A stretch of 64,000 nucleotides of DNA from an uncultured virus (IMG/VR IMGVR_UViG_3300042560_002469) (IMGVR_UViG_3300042560_002469), one strand, 5' to 3'; positions 45,371 to 55,142 are shown, numbered from the stretch's first letter. Notes: generated by a model from the sequence alone, not told the origin. Translations and numbers: made by a program.

Positions 45371-46037
45371 TATTGGCGGCTTCAGCGAAAGCATTCTGTC
45401 CAGCAGAATGGACGCCGAGTGGTCATATGACCAGCGAAGCGGACGTTACCGGGACGAGAAAGGCCGATTCTTAAGCAAAGCTTCAGTGGAGAAGCTTTTG
45501 GACAAGCGCATAGATAAGCTGGACGCAGAACTGCGGCGCTTCACGCGCATGTTGGTTGATGAGCAAATTACGCTTGACCAGTGGCAGGGCAGTATCCGCG
45601 AATCGCTTAAAGCTGCTCATATTCAGGCAGCGGTTATTGGCTATGGCGGTCGCGCCAATATGGGCAGTTCAGAATACGGTCGCATCGGTCAGCGACTTCG
45701 TGAAGAATATACTTATCTACAGGGTTTTGTTCGGGACTTGCTTTCTGGGGCTGTTTCTGCTCCCATGGCTCTTGCTCGTATTGGCCTATACGCTCAGAGC
45801 GTTCGAGGTAGTTATTGGCAGGGGACTGAGCTTCGGCAACAAGAGCAAGGGTATAGCCTTATGCGAAGAATTTTGGACAGCCAAGCGCAACACTGCGCCG
45901 ATTGCCTCCGATATGCCTCTCAAGGAATAGTTCCCATTGGCACCTTGCCGCTCCCCGGCCGGCGATGTGAATGCGGAGCTAGGTGCCGCTGCAGCGTGCG
46001 GTATTTAAGGCAGCAGCCAGCAACAGTGCCGGTTTGA
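45360..46037 (+). CDS. Minor head / head morphogenesis protein
   Basis: Follows portal; C-terminal 'HCADC...LPLPG..C.CGARCRC'. Confidence 0.7.
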   Translation: MLNDIGGFSESILSSRMDAEWSYDQRSGRYRDEKGRFLSKASVEKLLDKRIDKLDAELRRFTRMLVDEQITLDQWQGSIRESLKAAHIQAAVIGYGGRANMGSSEYGRIGQRLREEYTYLQGFVRDLLSGAVSAPMALARIGLYAQSVRGSYWQGTELRQQEQGYSLMRRILDSQAQHCADCLRYASQGIVPIGTLPLPGRRCECGARCRCSVRYLRQQPATVPV

Positions 46038-46071
46038 TAGGATTTTGTGACTGCGAACACCCTGGGGATCC

Positions 46072-46584
46072 ATGGCCAAGGCAAAAAATCCGCTGCCAAC
46101 AGAATACATAAATGAATTTATTGAGCTTCAAGATGGAGGTGTACTTGTTTGGAAAAAATCACCACATCACACTATTCCAACTGGTTCTCACGCGGGAAAC
46201 GATCCTGGTAATGGCTACTTGAGAGTGACGCTTAAAGGCTGTTCGTATGGATATCACCGCATTGTTTATTATCTTGCCTATGGCGTAGACAGTATTGGGT
46301 ACGAGATAGATCATATTAACAGGAATTCCCTTGATAATCGGCCTGAAAATTTGAGGCTGGCGACCGTCTCAGAAAATAAATGGAATACAAAGCGTCGAAA
46401 CAAGACCAATGTTGGGCACAGGGGTATAAGAAAACGTTTCTGGGGACGCAATTATACGTTTGAAGCAAGTTTTCAAGGAAAATACATTGGAAATTTCCCA
46501 ACACTGCAAGAAGCCGTCGAGGCTTGGGAGGTCAGAGCAAGAGAGCACGCAAAAGAATTCTTTTGTCCACCGCTGGAAGAGTGA
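46072..46584 (+). CDS. HNH homing endonuclease
   Basis: 'YHRIVY...IDHINRNSLDNRPENLRLAT..EN..N'. Confidence 0.85.
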   Translation: MAKAKNPLPTEYINEFIELQDGGVLVWKKSPHHTIPTGSHAGNDPGNGYLRVTLKGCSYGYHRIVYYLAYGVDSIGYEIDHINRNSLDNRPENLRLATVSENKWNTKRRNKTNVGHRGIRKRFWGRNYTFEASFQGKYIGNFPTLQEAVEAWEVRAREHAKEFFCPPLEE

Positions 46585-46614
46585 GTAGCATGGCGGCAGT
46601 TTTTTTTGTTGCCA

Positions 46615-48510
46615 ATGCAACGCATTCTTTACTGTGGAGATGTGGGAGTACAGACGGGTTTCGGGCGTGTCGCGGAGTATTTGATTCCTGCTTTGGCAAA
46701 AGATTATGAAGTGCATGCACTTTCGGTGAATCATCATGGCGACCCATCTCCTATGCAGGACTATTGCCGCATGTATCCGGCCATGGCTCACGGCTCCGAT
46801 CCGTTCGGCTCCCATCGCATTGGCGAGCTTTTGCAGATCATCAAACCAGACTTGGTGTGGGTGACGAATGACATTTGGTGCGCCATCAACCTTTGGGAAG
46901 CGGCCAAACCATTTCAAGAAGCTCTGGGTTTCAAGTGGTTCGTCTACACGCCAATCGACAGCTACGGCCTTTTCCCTGAATTACTGCCTGCGCTAGAAGA
47001 ATGGGACGGCATTGCCACTTACACGCGATTCGGAGCAGAAGAAATCCGAAAGATTGGTTACAAAGACAAAATCCGCGTCGTGGGGCATGGCACTGACTTC
47101 TCGAAGTTCTTCCGTCTCGATCAGGCAGAGTGCCGCAAGGAGCTCGGTGTGCCCGAGGATGTTTTCATTGTGTTCAATGGCAACAGAAATCAGCCGCGCA
47201 AGCGCATCGACTTGACGATCAAGGGTTTTATCAAATTTGCCAAGGACAAGCCAGACGCAAGACTATGGCTCAATATGGGCAAAAAAGACATGGGATGGGA
47301 CTTGGTGCCTCTATTCAAGCGCGTGGCACGAGACGAGGGTTACGACGCAACTGGCAAGCTCATTCTTACCAGTCCGCATTTTTCAACCAGCAACTGCCTT
47401 CCCATTGAACAATTGAACAAGGTGTACAACGCCGTCGACATTGGCGTGAACACTTGCATTGGCGAAGGGTGGGGCTTGGTCAATACAGAACATGCCGCCA
47501 CGGGCGTGGCTCAATTGGTTCCAGACCATACAAGCCTTAAGGAAATCTTTCACGGTGTTCCGCGCATTGCTTGTCATGGTTCTGAAACAGACAGGAATTA
47601 TGGACTCGAGAGGCCATTGCCAGAGCCTGATAGCATGGCCGAGCTCTTGACCGGCTATTACAACAATCGTATGGCCCTTAAACAGGCCGGCGATTGGTGT
47701 TATCAGCGCGTACATGAACAAGAGCTCTCATGGTCTTCCATCCAAAAGCAAATGCTGAACATCGTCAAGGAACTGCTTGTCACGGCAAAGAAAAGCGCTG
47801 CTAAGGGCTTTGCAAAAAAGCCTAAGGGCCAGGGGACGACGAGCTTCCCTGGCCAACAAACTCAATGGATTGATTTCAGCGAAGGTAGCAATGTCTTCTG
47901 TATCAGCATTGAAGGAGATGAACGACGCAAGAAGTTTGCCGATCAAATGGGCAAAATTGAACAAAGATTTAATTGGTGGGCGGCGATCGATGGTCGGCAA
48001 CTGTCTCGCAAGGAGCTAGAAGCGCAAAGTTCAATACCAATCGACTGGGAAATTGACGACGACAAAGACACCTTGAAGCGCACTGGCGAGGCAGCACTAA
48101 TACTTTCTTCCATTGCTCTTTGGAAGCATGCCTTTGACCAAGGCATGGATCATCTTGTGATTCTCGAGGACGATACTGAAGTGATGCGACCGCTGGTTCT
48201 TGAAGTGCCAGAAGATGCGGATCTTGTGTTTTTTAATGATCGCAGCATGCGAAACAAGGATGGCCTCACCTGGGGCTATGTATGTGGCACGGATGGTTAC
48301 TTGATTACCAGGCAAGGCTTATCTAAGCTCCTCAAGGTTTTTTCGCGGGCTTACTTGCCACTGGACCTGCAAATGATTGCCAATACAGAAAGCATGCGAG
48401 ATTGCGAACATCATCTATTCGCCTATCGAAAAGAAGATTTGCCCTTGTTAAAAAGCTACACACTCCCTCCCATCGCCTTCCATAACAACTCTCCCTCACG
48501 CATCCGATGA
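46615..48510 (+). CDS. Glycosyltransferase fusion: GT4 (GT-B) plus GT25-like domain
   Basis: 'TGFGRV', 'NRNQPRKRID', 'EGWGLVNTE' (GT4); 'CISI..DERR', 'AIDG', 'ILEDD' (GT25). Confidence 0.85.
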   Translation: MQRILYCGDVGVQTGFGRVAEYLIPALAKDYEVHALSVNHHGDPSPMQDYCRMYPAMAHGSDPFGSHRIGELLQIIKPDLVWVTNDIWCAINLWEAAKPFQEALGFKWFVYTPIDSYGLFPELLPALEEWDGIATYTRFGAEEIRKIGYKDKIRVVGHGTDFSKFFRLDQAECRKELGVPEDVFIVFNGNRNQPRKRIDLTIKGFIKFAKDKPDARLWLNMGKKDMGWDLVPLFKRVARDEGYDATGKLILTSPHFSTSNCLPIEQLNKVYNAVDIGVNTCIGEGWGLVNTEHAATGVAQLVPDHTSLKEIFHGVPRIACHGSETDRNYGLERPLPEPDSMAELLTGYYNNRMALKQAGDWCYQRVHEQELSWSSIQKQMLNIVKELLVTAKKSAAKGFAKKPKGQGTTSFPGQQTQWIDFSEGSNVFCISIEGDERRKKFADQMGKIEQRFNWWAAIDGRQLSRKELEAQSSIPIDWEIDDDKDTLKRTGEAALILSSIALWKHAFDQGMDHLVILEDDTEVMRPLVLEVPEDADLVFFNDRSMRNKDGLTWGYVCGTDGYLITRQGLSKLLKVFSRAYLPLDLQMIANTESMRDCEHHLFAYRKEDLPLLKSYTLPPIAFHNNSPSRIR

Positions 48511-49442
48511 ATCGCCTCAAGAACGTTCAAATTCAAACGCAAGGAGCCTGTAATGCAAATTGCGTTTTTTGTCCTTGGATAGAAAGTTGGCACCATGCCA
48601 ATTACGGCGTCATGGACAGAAAGTTGTTTTCACGCATCTTGGACATGCTGTTGCCATGGAAAGAGAGTATTGAAAATGGCGGCAAGATTTGTCCCTATTT
48701 AATGCAAGAGCCGTTCGTTGACAAGCGCATTTTTGAGCTGTGCGAAGAAATACAGAGCAAGTTTCCAGGGGCCGTCCTTGAGCTTTCAACAAACGGAGCG
48801 TTGCTTTCTAGAGATAAAACCGAGCGCTTGATTCCGTTGCTAGAAGGCAAGCCCCATGAGGTGTGGGTGAGCCACCATGGCGTCGACAAGGCTTCTCATG
48901 AAGAGATTATGAAGATCAATCACGAACGATCCACTTCTCATTTGATCAATTTAATTAAAGAAGCTAAGGGGCGTCTAAACATTCGAATTCGGGGGAGTGG
49001 ATCTTCTCGTACTGGCATTGGGCGTCACTGGTTTTCTCGTCAGGAGTATTTCGAGTATTGGTACAACCTTTCAAAAGAGCATGGGTTTGATCTCTCGTGG
49101 ATTGATCTGGACTATTTCACTTATCACGACAGGGCTGGAACAATCAACAGAGAGGAGCGGGGTGCTGGCGAGAATAACTTTGGAAAGGTTCGCGACATTG
49201 GCTCAGGTTCGCCGTTCCATTGCAGCCGCCTTGATGAATGGCTCCATGTCATGTGGAATGGAGACATTCGATTGTGTTGCATGGACTATCACGCCGAAGT
49301 TAAGCTCCCCAATCTGAACGATATGACGATTGAAGAATACTATCGAGGAAAGGACTTTGAGCGGGTGACGGCGCAAGTAACGGGGCAAATTGAAAGTCCA
49401 GACGATTTCATTTGCAAAAGATGCACAAGTCCAGGCGGCTAA
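48507..49442 (+). CDS. Radical SAM protein with SPASM/twitch domain
   Basis: CNANCVFC; 'EPF'; 'STNG'; 'WNGDIRLCCMD...CKRC'. Confidence 0.88.
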   Translation: MNRLKNVQIQTQGACNANCVFCPWIESWHHANYGVMDRKLFSRILDMLLPWKESIENGGKICPYLMQEPFVDKRIFELCEEIQSKFPGAVLELSTNGALLSRDKTERLIPLLEGKPHEVWVSHHGVDKASHEEIMKINHERSTSHLINLIKEAKGRLNIRIRGSGSSRTGIGRHWFSRQEYFEYWYNLSKEHGFDLSWIDLDYFTYHDRAGTINREERGAGENNFGKVRDIGSGSPFHCSRLDEWLHVMWNGDIRLCCMDYHAEVKLPNLNDMTIEEYYRGKDFERVTAQVTGQIESPDDFICKRCTSPGG

Positions 49443-49467
49443 GATAAGGGCAGTCTCTTTGAGCAAA

Positions 49468-49719
49468 ATGACCAAGAAAGAAAAGCAGGCAAAAATTCGC
49501 ACTGTCATGAGGGAGTTCAAGGCCGGCAAGCTCAAAAGCAGCAGTGGCGAACCAGTCAAGAGCCCTCAGCAGGCTCTCGCGATTGCACTGTCCGAAGCTG
49601 GAATGTCTCGGAAGCCCAAACAGGATATGGGCGACGAGTATTACATGGCCTTCATGAAAGAACTTGGAGGCGCAGAAGAGGAAGAAGAGGGCATGAAAGA
49701 TTCAATGGGAAAGGACTGA
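49468..49719 (+). CDS. DUF6496-like small basic protein; candidate -1 frameshift fusion to 50066
   Basis: 'KIRTVMREFKAGKLKSSSG..VKSPQQALAIALSEA'; ends G GGA AAG GAC TGA. Confidence 0.8.
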   Translation: MTKKEKQAKIRTVMREFKAGKLKSSSGEPVKSPQQALAIALSEAGMSRKPKQDMGDEYYMAFMKELGGAEEEEEGMKDSMGKD

Positions 49720-50066
49720 GGGGCGACGCTGAATCATTCGCCCCTCCATCGTCTGTTCGTGCCGCAGCGCGTCGTGGTCTCGAGCTTCGCAGAAAATACG
49801 GCAAGGGTGGTCTGACCACGCAAGAGGCGGGAAAGCAGGGCATTGGCAGCGGTGTGGCCAGGGCCACGAGTTTGGCCAGCGGAAAAGCTGTGAGCTACGA
49901 AACCATCAAGCGTATGGCTGCATTTTTCTCTCGCCATGCGAAGAATTTTGCCGGCGGAGAAGACGATGCGGGATTCGTATCAATGCTGTTATGGGGTGGA
50001 ACTGCGGGTAGGGCCTGGGCCAATCGCATCATTAAGATGGTTGAAAGTCGCGATAAGGGTCAATGA
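49713..50066 (+). CDS. -1 frame extension domain lacking its own start codon
   Basis: 'FAPPSSVRAAARRGLELR...GVARA...ETIKRMAAFFSRH...LWGG.AGRAWA' begins about 47 codons upstream of the first GTG (49854). Confidence 0.7.
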   Translation, partial: GLRGDAESFAPPSSVRAAARRGLELRRKYGKGGLTTQEAGKQGIGSGVARATSLASGKAVSYETIKRMAAFFSRHAKNFAGGEDDAGFVSMLLWGGTAGRAWANRIIKMVESRDKGQ

Positions 50067-50374
50067 GCGAATACGTGCGTGTCATTGAGGAAGAAGAGGA
50101 AGACGGCATTGGCGTCATGAAGGCCCTTGCCATTCTTTCTTCCCAAGAGCATCGCGGCACCTCTCAATGGCGCCTCGTTGAGCGGCAGCACTTCAGGAAT
50201 GGAAGGCTTGACGAAACTCACATTTTTGTTGAGAGTTTTTATGACAAGCCCGACGAGCATTTTGAGCCCGTAAAAATGCTCACCTTTGAAGCAGAGGCTA
50301 TTGCCAAGGCCTATGTGATGGAAAACATTGAAGCTCAAATTCGCGAAATTCAGGACGAAGACGACGAGGATTGA
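50063..50374 (+). CDS. Hypothetical acidic protein
   Basis: ATGA coupling. Confidence 0.65.
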   Translation: MSEYVRVIEEEEEDGIGVMKALAILSSQEHRGTSQWRLVERQHFRNGRLDETHIFVESFYDKPDEHFEPVKMLTFEAEAIAKAYVMENIEAQIREIQDEDDED

Positions 50375-50649
50375 GCGGCATTAACCACGAAGTTGGGCAT
50401 TCCTAGTAACCAAAGCACGGACAGACCATAGAGACCGCTCAGGGTTGCAAGCTGAACTGCAGAAGGCTCTGTTTCGGCGCTTTCCATTCTGCAATAAGTG
50501 GCTTGACCTATGTGCAGTTCCTTGGCAACGGTTCTTTGCGACAGTCCGCTATTCAATCGGGCATCCCTCATGCGCTCTGCCACAAGCAGTCTCCTTTGGT
50601 AGTGGGGCATGCGGAGGGCATTGGCCTTGCTTGCCATTAAGTAGCGCAT
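50350..50649 (-). CDS. XRE/Cro-family HTH regulator
   Basis: 'RMRDAR..SGLSQRTVAKELHIGQATYCRMES...PS...L..L..LYG.S..WLL'. Confidence 0.8.
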   Translation of the reverse strand: MRYLMASKANALRMPHYQRRLLVAERMRDARLNSGLSQRTVAKELHIGQATYCRMESAETEPSAVQLATLSGLYGLSVLWLLGMPNFVVNAAQSSSSSS

Positions 50650-50710
50650 TTTGATTCGCGTATGGATCAGGAGTTGTGGATATTGTAATAGATCTTGCTA
50701 GTTTTACACT

Positions 50711-51904
50711 ATGAGCGAAACTTCTTTTCGTTACGATGTCGCGCCCATTGAAAAGTATGAGCTAACCCCCGAGGGTTATCTTCGTACTTGGGCCACCATT
50801 GCTCGCACAGGTGTACAGATGTACACCGATGCGGACGGTGGGGTTCGGCGTGAATATCGTCCCGAAGAAGAAGTGGGCTCGCCAGAAAGCCTCGCTTCGT
50901 TTGCGGGCAAGGCTGTAACTTTTGAACATCCCCCCGCTCTGCTTGACAGCGCCAATACGAAGGACTATCAAATTGGTTTTTCAGGCACTGAAGTGGTTTA
51001 TGACAACGGTTTCGTCCGTGCCGTCATGACCATTACTGACAAGGATGCGATTGAACGCATTATGCGGGGTGATGCAAAAGAAGTGAGTGCTGGTTACAGG
51101 GTGCAATTTGACCCGACGCCCGGCGTTGCGGAAAGCGGTGAACATTACGACGGCATCCAGCGGATGATCGATGGTAATCACATTGCCGTTGTTCGCAGGG
51201 GCAGGGCAGGCCCGCAGGTGAAGCTTCATCTAGATCGCCTAGATGCCGCCGACCCATCTTTACTATCTCCCATTGAGGAACCATCTATGACTGCTAAGGT
51301 CAATTTTGATGGCGCCGAGTTCGAGGTGAGCGAGAGCGTTGCTCTGGCGATCACCAAAGAGCGCGAAGATGCCAAAATGTCCTACGAGGACATGAAGAAA
51401 AAATACGATGCCATGATGGCCGAAGCTTCCAAAATGAAGGAAGAAATGGACGCCATGGGCAAAGAAATGAAGGGCAAGTGTGATTCCGCCGAGGGTCGCG
51501 CTGATGCTCTGGAGCAAGAGCTTGAGGCCGCCAAGGCCGAGCTGGAAGCTGCAAAGCAAGTGAACATTGATTCGCTTGTTGAAGAGCGTGTTGCTCTGAT
51601 CGACAAAGCTCGCACCACCCTGGATAGCGAGTTTGATTTCGCAGGCAAGGATGCCCGTGAAATCATGGAAGCCGCTGTCAAGGCGGTTCGTGGCGATGCC
51701 ATTGATCTGTCGGAGAAGTCCGACGATTACGTGCAGGCCATGTTCGACACCCTGGCCGAGTCGGCTCGTAGCGATTCTGCCGCCACCGATGAGCTTCGCA
51801 AAGCCGTTGCTTCCATCGCCTCTCCCGCCTCTGCACCCTCCTCTTACATGGAGCGACTGCAGAACGCTTGGAAGACCCCTCTTTCCATCTCCAAGGAGCG
51901 CTGA
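50711..51904 (+). CDS. Prohead protease-scaffold (DUF2213)
   Basis: 'TPEGYL...IARTGVQ', 'VTFEHP', 'EVSAGY', 'NHIAVVRRGRAG' plus coiled-coil scaffold. Confidence 0.88.
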   Translation: MSETSFRYDVAPIEKYELTPEGYLRTWATIARTGVQMYTDADGGVRREYRPEEEVGSPESLASFAGKAVTFEHPPALLDSANTKDYQIGFSGTEVVYDNGFVRAVMTITDKDAIERIMRGDAKEVSAGYRVQFDPTPGVAESGEHYDGIQRMIDGNHIAVVRRGRAGPQVKLHLDRLDAADPSLLSPIEEPSMTAKVNFDGAEFEVSESVALAITKEREDAKMSYEDMKKKYDAMMAEASKMKEEMDAMGKEMKGKCDSAEGRADALEQELEAAKAELEAAKQVNIDSLVEERVALIDKARTTLDSEFDFAGKDAREIMEAAVKAVRGDAIDLSEKSDDYVQAMFDTLAESARSDSAATDELRKAVASIASPASAPSSYMERLQNAWKTPLSISKER

Positions 51905-51907
51905 TCC

Positions 51908-52471
51908 ATGGCCGTTACTTTCACCCCTTCGGGCACGGCTACTGCAGGTGGTGTTCAGCAGAGCTATTCGCTTGAGCTGACCGCCCTCCTCGAAGGCCAA
52001 CTGTCCGACATTCGCGACAACACCATCAGCACTTTCATCAACGAAACTGGTGCTGTGATTCCTTTCGGTAACATCGTCACTTGGGCAAGTGGCGGCACTG
52101 TTGCTAACTCCGCTAAGACCATTAGCGGCACGAGCGAGACCGTGGTGGGCGTCAATGCTCTCACCTATGTCGACGAAACCGCTGAAGACGCTAATAGCCG
52201 TCCTGGCGTAAAGGCCGCCCAGGCAATGAACGTTGTCAACGAGGGCGCTGTTGCCATGTACGTGCATGGTTCTGTCACCCCTGCCACTGCAGTGCGCGTG
52301 ATCCACACCGCTACCGGCGTGCAGTATGCAGGTCAACTGCGTAGCGCATCGCTTTCGGGCAAGACTGCTGTTCTTTCGAACGCTCGTTACCTCACTTCTG
52401 TCACCGGCTCTGGCCTGGCGGTTGTTGAGTTCAACGGTCCTGCCTTCACCCTCACCGCTGACAATTCCTGA
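51908..52471 (+). CDS. Capsid decoration/cement protein
   Basis: Between protease and MCP; 'IPFG', 'NVVNEG.V'. Confidence 0.7.
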   Translation: MAVTFTPSGTATAGGVQQSYSLELTALLEGQLSDIRDNTISTFINETGAVIPFGNIVTWASGGTVANSAKTISGTSETVVGVNALTYVDETAEDANSRPGVKAAQAMNVVNEGAVAMYVHGSVTPATAVRVIHTATGVQYAGQLRSASLSGKTAVLSNARYLTSVTGSGLAVVEFNGPAFTLTADNS

Positions 52472-52485
52472 TAGGAGGCCCTCCA

Positions 52486-53391
52486 ATGTCTGATTTTCGC
52501 ATGGACGAAGCGGGTCTGTTTCTCGAGCGTCAGCTTGAGTACATCCGCCCCCAGGTGTTTGAAGTTCAGTACGCTGACATCAAATACCCCACTATCCTGC
52601 CTGTGACCAGCGAGGCTGGTCCTGGCGCCCAGACCTTCACCTACCGCATCATGGATGCCACTGGTGAATTCAAGGTGATTGCCGACGCTGCTGACGATCT
52701 GCCCCGTGCGGACATCAGCCAAACCGAGAAGAGCATCAACATCCGCTCGATCGGTGGCTCGTTTGGTTACACCGTTCAAGAGCTTCGTGCTGCACAGATG
52801 GCGAACATCGCCCTTGAGCAGCGCCGCGCTTCTGCCGTTCGCCGCGCTTACGAGGAGAAGGTGGAAGACATCGCCATGTTTGGCGAAGCTTCTGTTGGCC
52901 TGAGTGGTTTCTTCAACAATTCCACGGTCGACCTTGTGGTTGCCGATAAGTGGTTCACTGATAGTGGCACCACTGCCCAGGAAATGCTTGAGCTGCTGAA
53001 CTATGGCGTGAGCGCCATTGTCAATGGCTCCAAGATGAAGGAGGAGCCTGACACCATCCTCATGCCCTATGAGGACTACAACAAAGTCAGCACCACCCGT
53101 AATAGCGACTCTTCGGACGTGACTGTGCTGGAGTACTTCCTGCGCACCAATCCCTACATCCGCAACGTTGAACCCATCAACCAGCTTGATGCCGACAACA
53201 GCGTGCTGGATAAGAACCGCATGGTGGTATACAAGCGCGACCCCCAGAAAGTGCAACTGCACATTCCTCAGCCGCTTGAGCTGTTCCCGCCTCAGCAGCG
53301 TGGCCTGGAATTCATTGTTCCCGCCCATGCTCGTGTTGGTGGCGTGGCTCTCTACTACCCCAAGAGCGTCATCTACGTTCAAGACAACTGA
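52486..53391 (+). CDS. Major capsid protein (DUF2184, HK97 fold)
   Basis: AGGAGG RBS; 'FLERQLE', 'ADDLPRAD', 'YTVQEL', 'ARVGGV..YYP'. Confidence 0.9.
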   Translation: MSDFRMDEAGLFLERQLEYIRPQVFEVQYADIKYPTILPVTSEAGPGAQTFTYRIMDATGEFKVIADAADDLPRADISQTEKSINIRSIGGSFGYTVQELRAAQMANIALEQRRASAVRRAYEEKVEDIAMFGEASVGLSGFFNNSTVDLVVADKWFTDSGTTAQEMLELLNYGVSAIVNGSKMKEEPDTILMPYEDYNKVSTTRNSDSSDVTVLEYFLRTNPYIRNVEPINQLDADNSVLDKNRMVVYKRDPQKVQLHIPQPLELFPPQQRGLEFIVPAHARVGGVALYYPKSVIYVQDN

Positions 53392-53439
53392 ACGTGATCG
53401 GGGCGTTAAGCTTGTTGGCAGTTCTTATAGAACATTCAA

Positions 53440-53826
53440 ATGTTGATCGCTTATCGCCCTGAGCTCGAAAATCCGCCTCGTGAAGGGGGACTTGGCGTTA
53501 TTACTGACGCCGGCATGATTCAGCTCAGTCCGGGGGTGAATTCAGACGTGCCAGAGACCAAGTGGGCTCAAGCACGAAGCAATGGAACCGTCAAGCGCCT
53601 TATGGCAATTGGCGCCATTGAAGAGCTGAAAGAAACCCCCACTGTTCAGGACATTCCCCAAAAGGTGTCCACACTTGCCGGCCTTCCACTTTCTGATGCC
53701 GTCCGCATGATTGAAATTATGCACGACGAGGATCAGCTCCAGGAATGGAAAAAAGTGGAAGGTCGCGTAAGGGTGCGCAATGCCATCAGCAAGCGTCTTG
53801 AAGCCATCCGCATTGGAAAAGCCTGA
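53440..53826 (+). CDS. Hypothetical head-associated protein
   Basis: Position after MCP. Confidence 0.65.
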   Translation: MLIAYRPELENPPREGGLGVITDAGMIQLSPGVNSDVPETKWAQARSNGTVKRLMAIGAIEELKETPTVQDIPQKVSTLAGLPLSDAVRMIEIMHDEDQLQEWKKVEGRVRVRNAISKRLEAIRIGKA

Positions 53827-53828
53827 TC

Positions 53829-54140
53829 ATGGCCGTTACCTACGCCAGCTTTCTCGAGCGCTTTCCTGAGTTCACTCCCCATCCATCGGGAATTGTGAAT
53901 GGGGCCATCACCGAGGCAACCGCTGATGTGGGCGACGTGTTTGGCGATCAAGCCGACCGTGCAACAAAGCATTTAGCCGCTCATATCATCGCCATTCAAC
54001 TTGCTCAAATGGGCATCCAAATTGGAGCCACAGACGGCAAGGTGTATGGCAAAGGACTTGAGGCCACGCAATATGGCCAAGAGTTCAAGCGAATGCTTGA
54101 AACCGTCGTTGGTGCTTCTTCCATTGGCTTTGTCGTATGA
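53829..54140 (+). CDS. Head-tail adaptor (DUF4054-like)
   Basis: 'FLERFPEF', 'LAAH', 'TQYGQEF'. Confidence 0.8.
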   Translation: MAVTYASFLERFPEFTPHPSGIVNGAITEATADVGDVFGDQADRATKHLAAHIIAIQLAQMGIQIGATDGKVYGKGLEATQYGQEFKRMLETVVGASSIGFVV

Positions 54141-54526
54141 CAAACGTGCTCGCTCCACTTGCTAATGCCACTCTGGTTTGGCAGGTGGCGTCTGGGTATG
54201 TGGTCGAAAGCGGCACTGGCAACTATGTGGCTACTGCCACTGGCGTTACCTACTATGCCTCGTTGAAGCAGAAGCAAAATCCTCGTTTCGATTATTTGCT
54301 TGGTGCGGACAATACAGCGGTGTACATGGAAGGGCGACTGACTGGTCCATTGACCTTGTCGGGAATCACTCCTGGAAGCTCTGCTGCTGCAACAATCAAT
54401 GGAAGGGAGGGACGGTTTGAGCTATTGCCAAACGAGCAAATTGCTGACCATTATTGGCAATTCCTCGGCACGCCAATCAGGGGTATTTTTAGACTGGTTG
54501 GCAAAGGAAGCGTTCAGAACGTCTGA
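54137..54526 (+). CDS. Putative head-closure protein
   Basis: Position; beta-rich. Confidence 0.55.
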   Translation: MTNVLAPLANATLVWQVASGYVVESGTGNYVATATGVTYYASLKQKQNPRFDYLLGADNTAVYMEGRLTGPLTLSGITPGSSAAATINGREGRFELLPNEQIADHYWQFLGTPIRGIFRLVGKGSVQNV

Positions 54527-54563
54527 CGCTTAACCATTTTCTCTTTCCATTGAGGATCTTCTC

Positions 54564-55142
54564 ATGCTCTATCATCCCACCGAGCTGGTTAAGAGCCAAG
54601 ACGTTATTGTGCGCGTTGGCTCGATTATCACTGCTTCTGGTCGCCCTGTCATCACTCAGAGTGGTGCAACCTTCACTGTTAGTGGCGCTCCCACCCTGTA
54701 CACCCTGCAAGCGGCCACAACTGCTTCCGTTGCCTTTAACGATGGCAACACCGAATTCTACCTGCTGGGCGGCGGCGGCTTCTCTGACAGCGTGATTGTC
54801 ACCTCTCAGGCCACTGCCTCCATCACTTCTTACTTCCAGAAGGATGTTGATGGTACCACTTTCGTGCCCGATAGCTTTGACGAGGCCTTCCAGGTGATCG
54901 CCACTGGTCGTTACGACAAGACTGCGGAAGTGTATGTCGAAATCAACAAGCAGCTTGGCTCCAGCGGTACCACTTACTACTACGATCGCGTGGCTTATGT
55001 TGGCCGCGTGATGAACTATAACGAAAGCTATCCTGCTGACAATCTTGTGGAAGTCACTTTCGACCTGATTAGCCGTGGTCGCATTGGCATTCATCAAGCC
55101 GCAACCAGCTCCGGCAGCATCATTCCTACGGCTCCCAACTGA
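54564..55142 (+). CDS. Major tail (tube) protein
   Basis: T/S/G-rich, 'NLVEVTFDLISRG'; followed by terminator. Confidence 0.75.
   Translation: MLYHPTELVKSQDVIVRVGSIITASGRPVITQSGATFTVSGAPTLYTLQAATTASVAFNDGNTEFYLLGGGGFSDSVIVTSQATASITSYFQKDVDGTTFVPDSFDEAFQVIATGRYDKTAEVYVEINKQLGSSGTTYYYDRVAYVGRVMNYNESYPADNLVEVTFDLISRGRIGIHQAATSSGSIIPTAPN

Noticed and set aside
51263..53382. Long antisense ORFs (51263-52486, 52387-53382; also 28828-29859, 13891-14757, 44588-45394)
   Set aside because: Shadows of strongly codon-biased genes on the opposite strand, with no motifs
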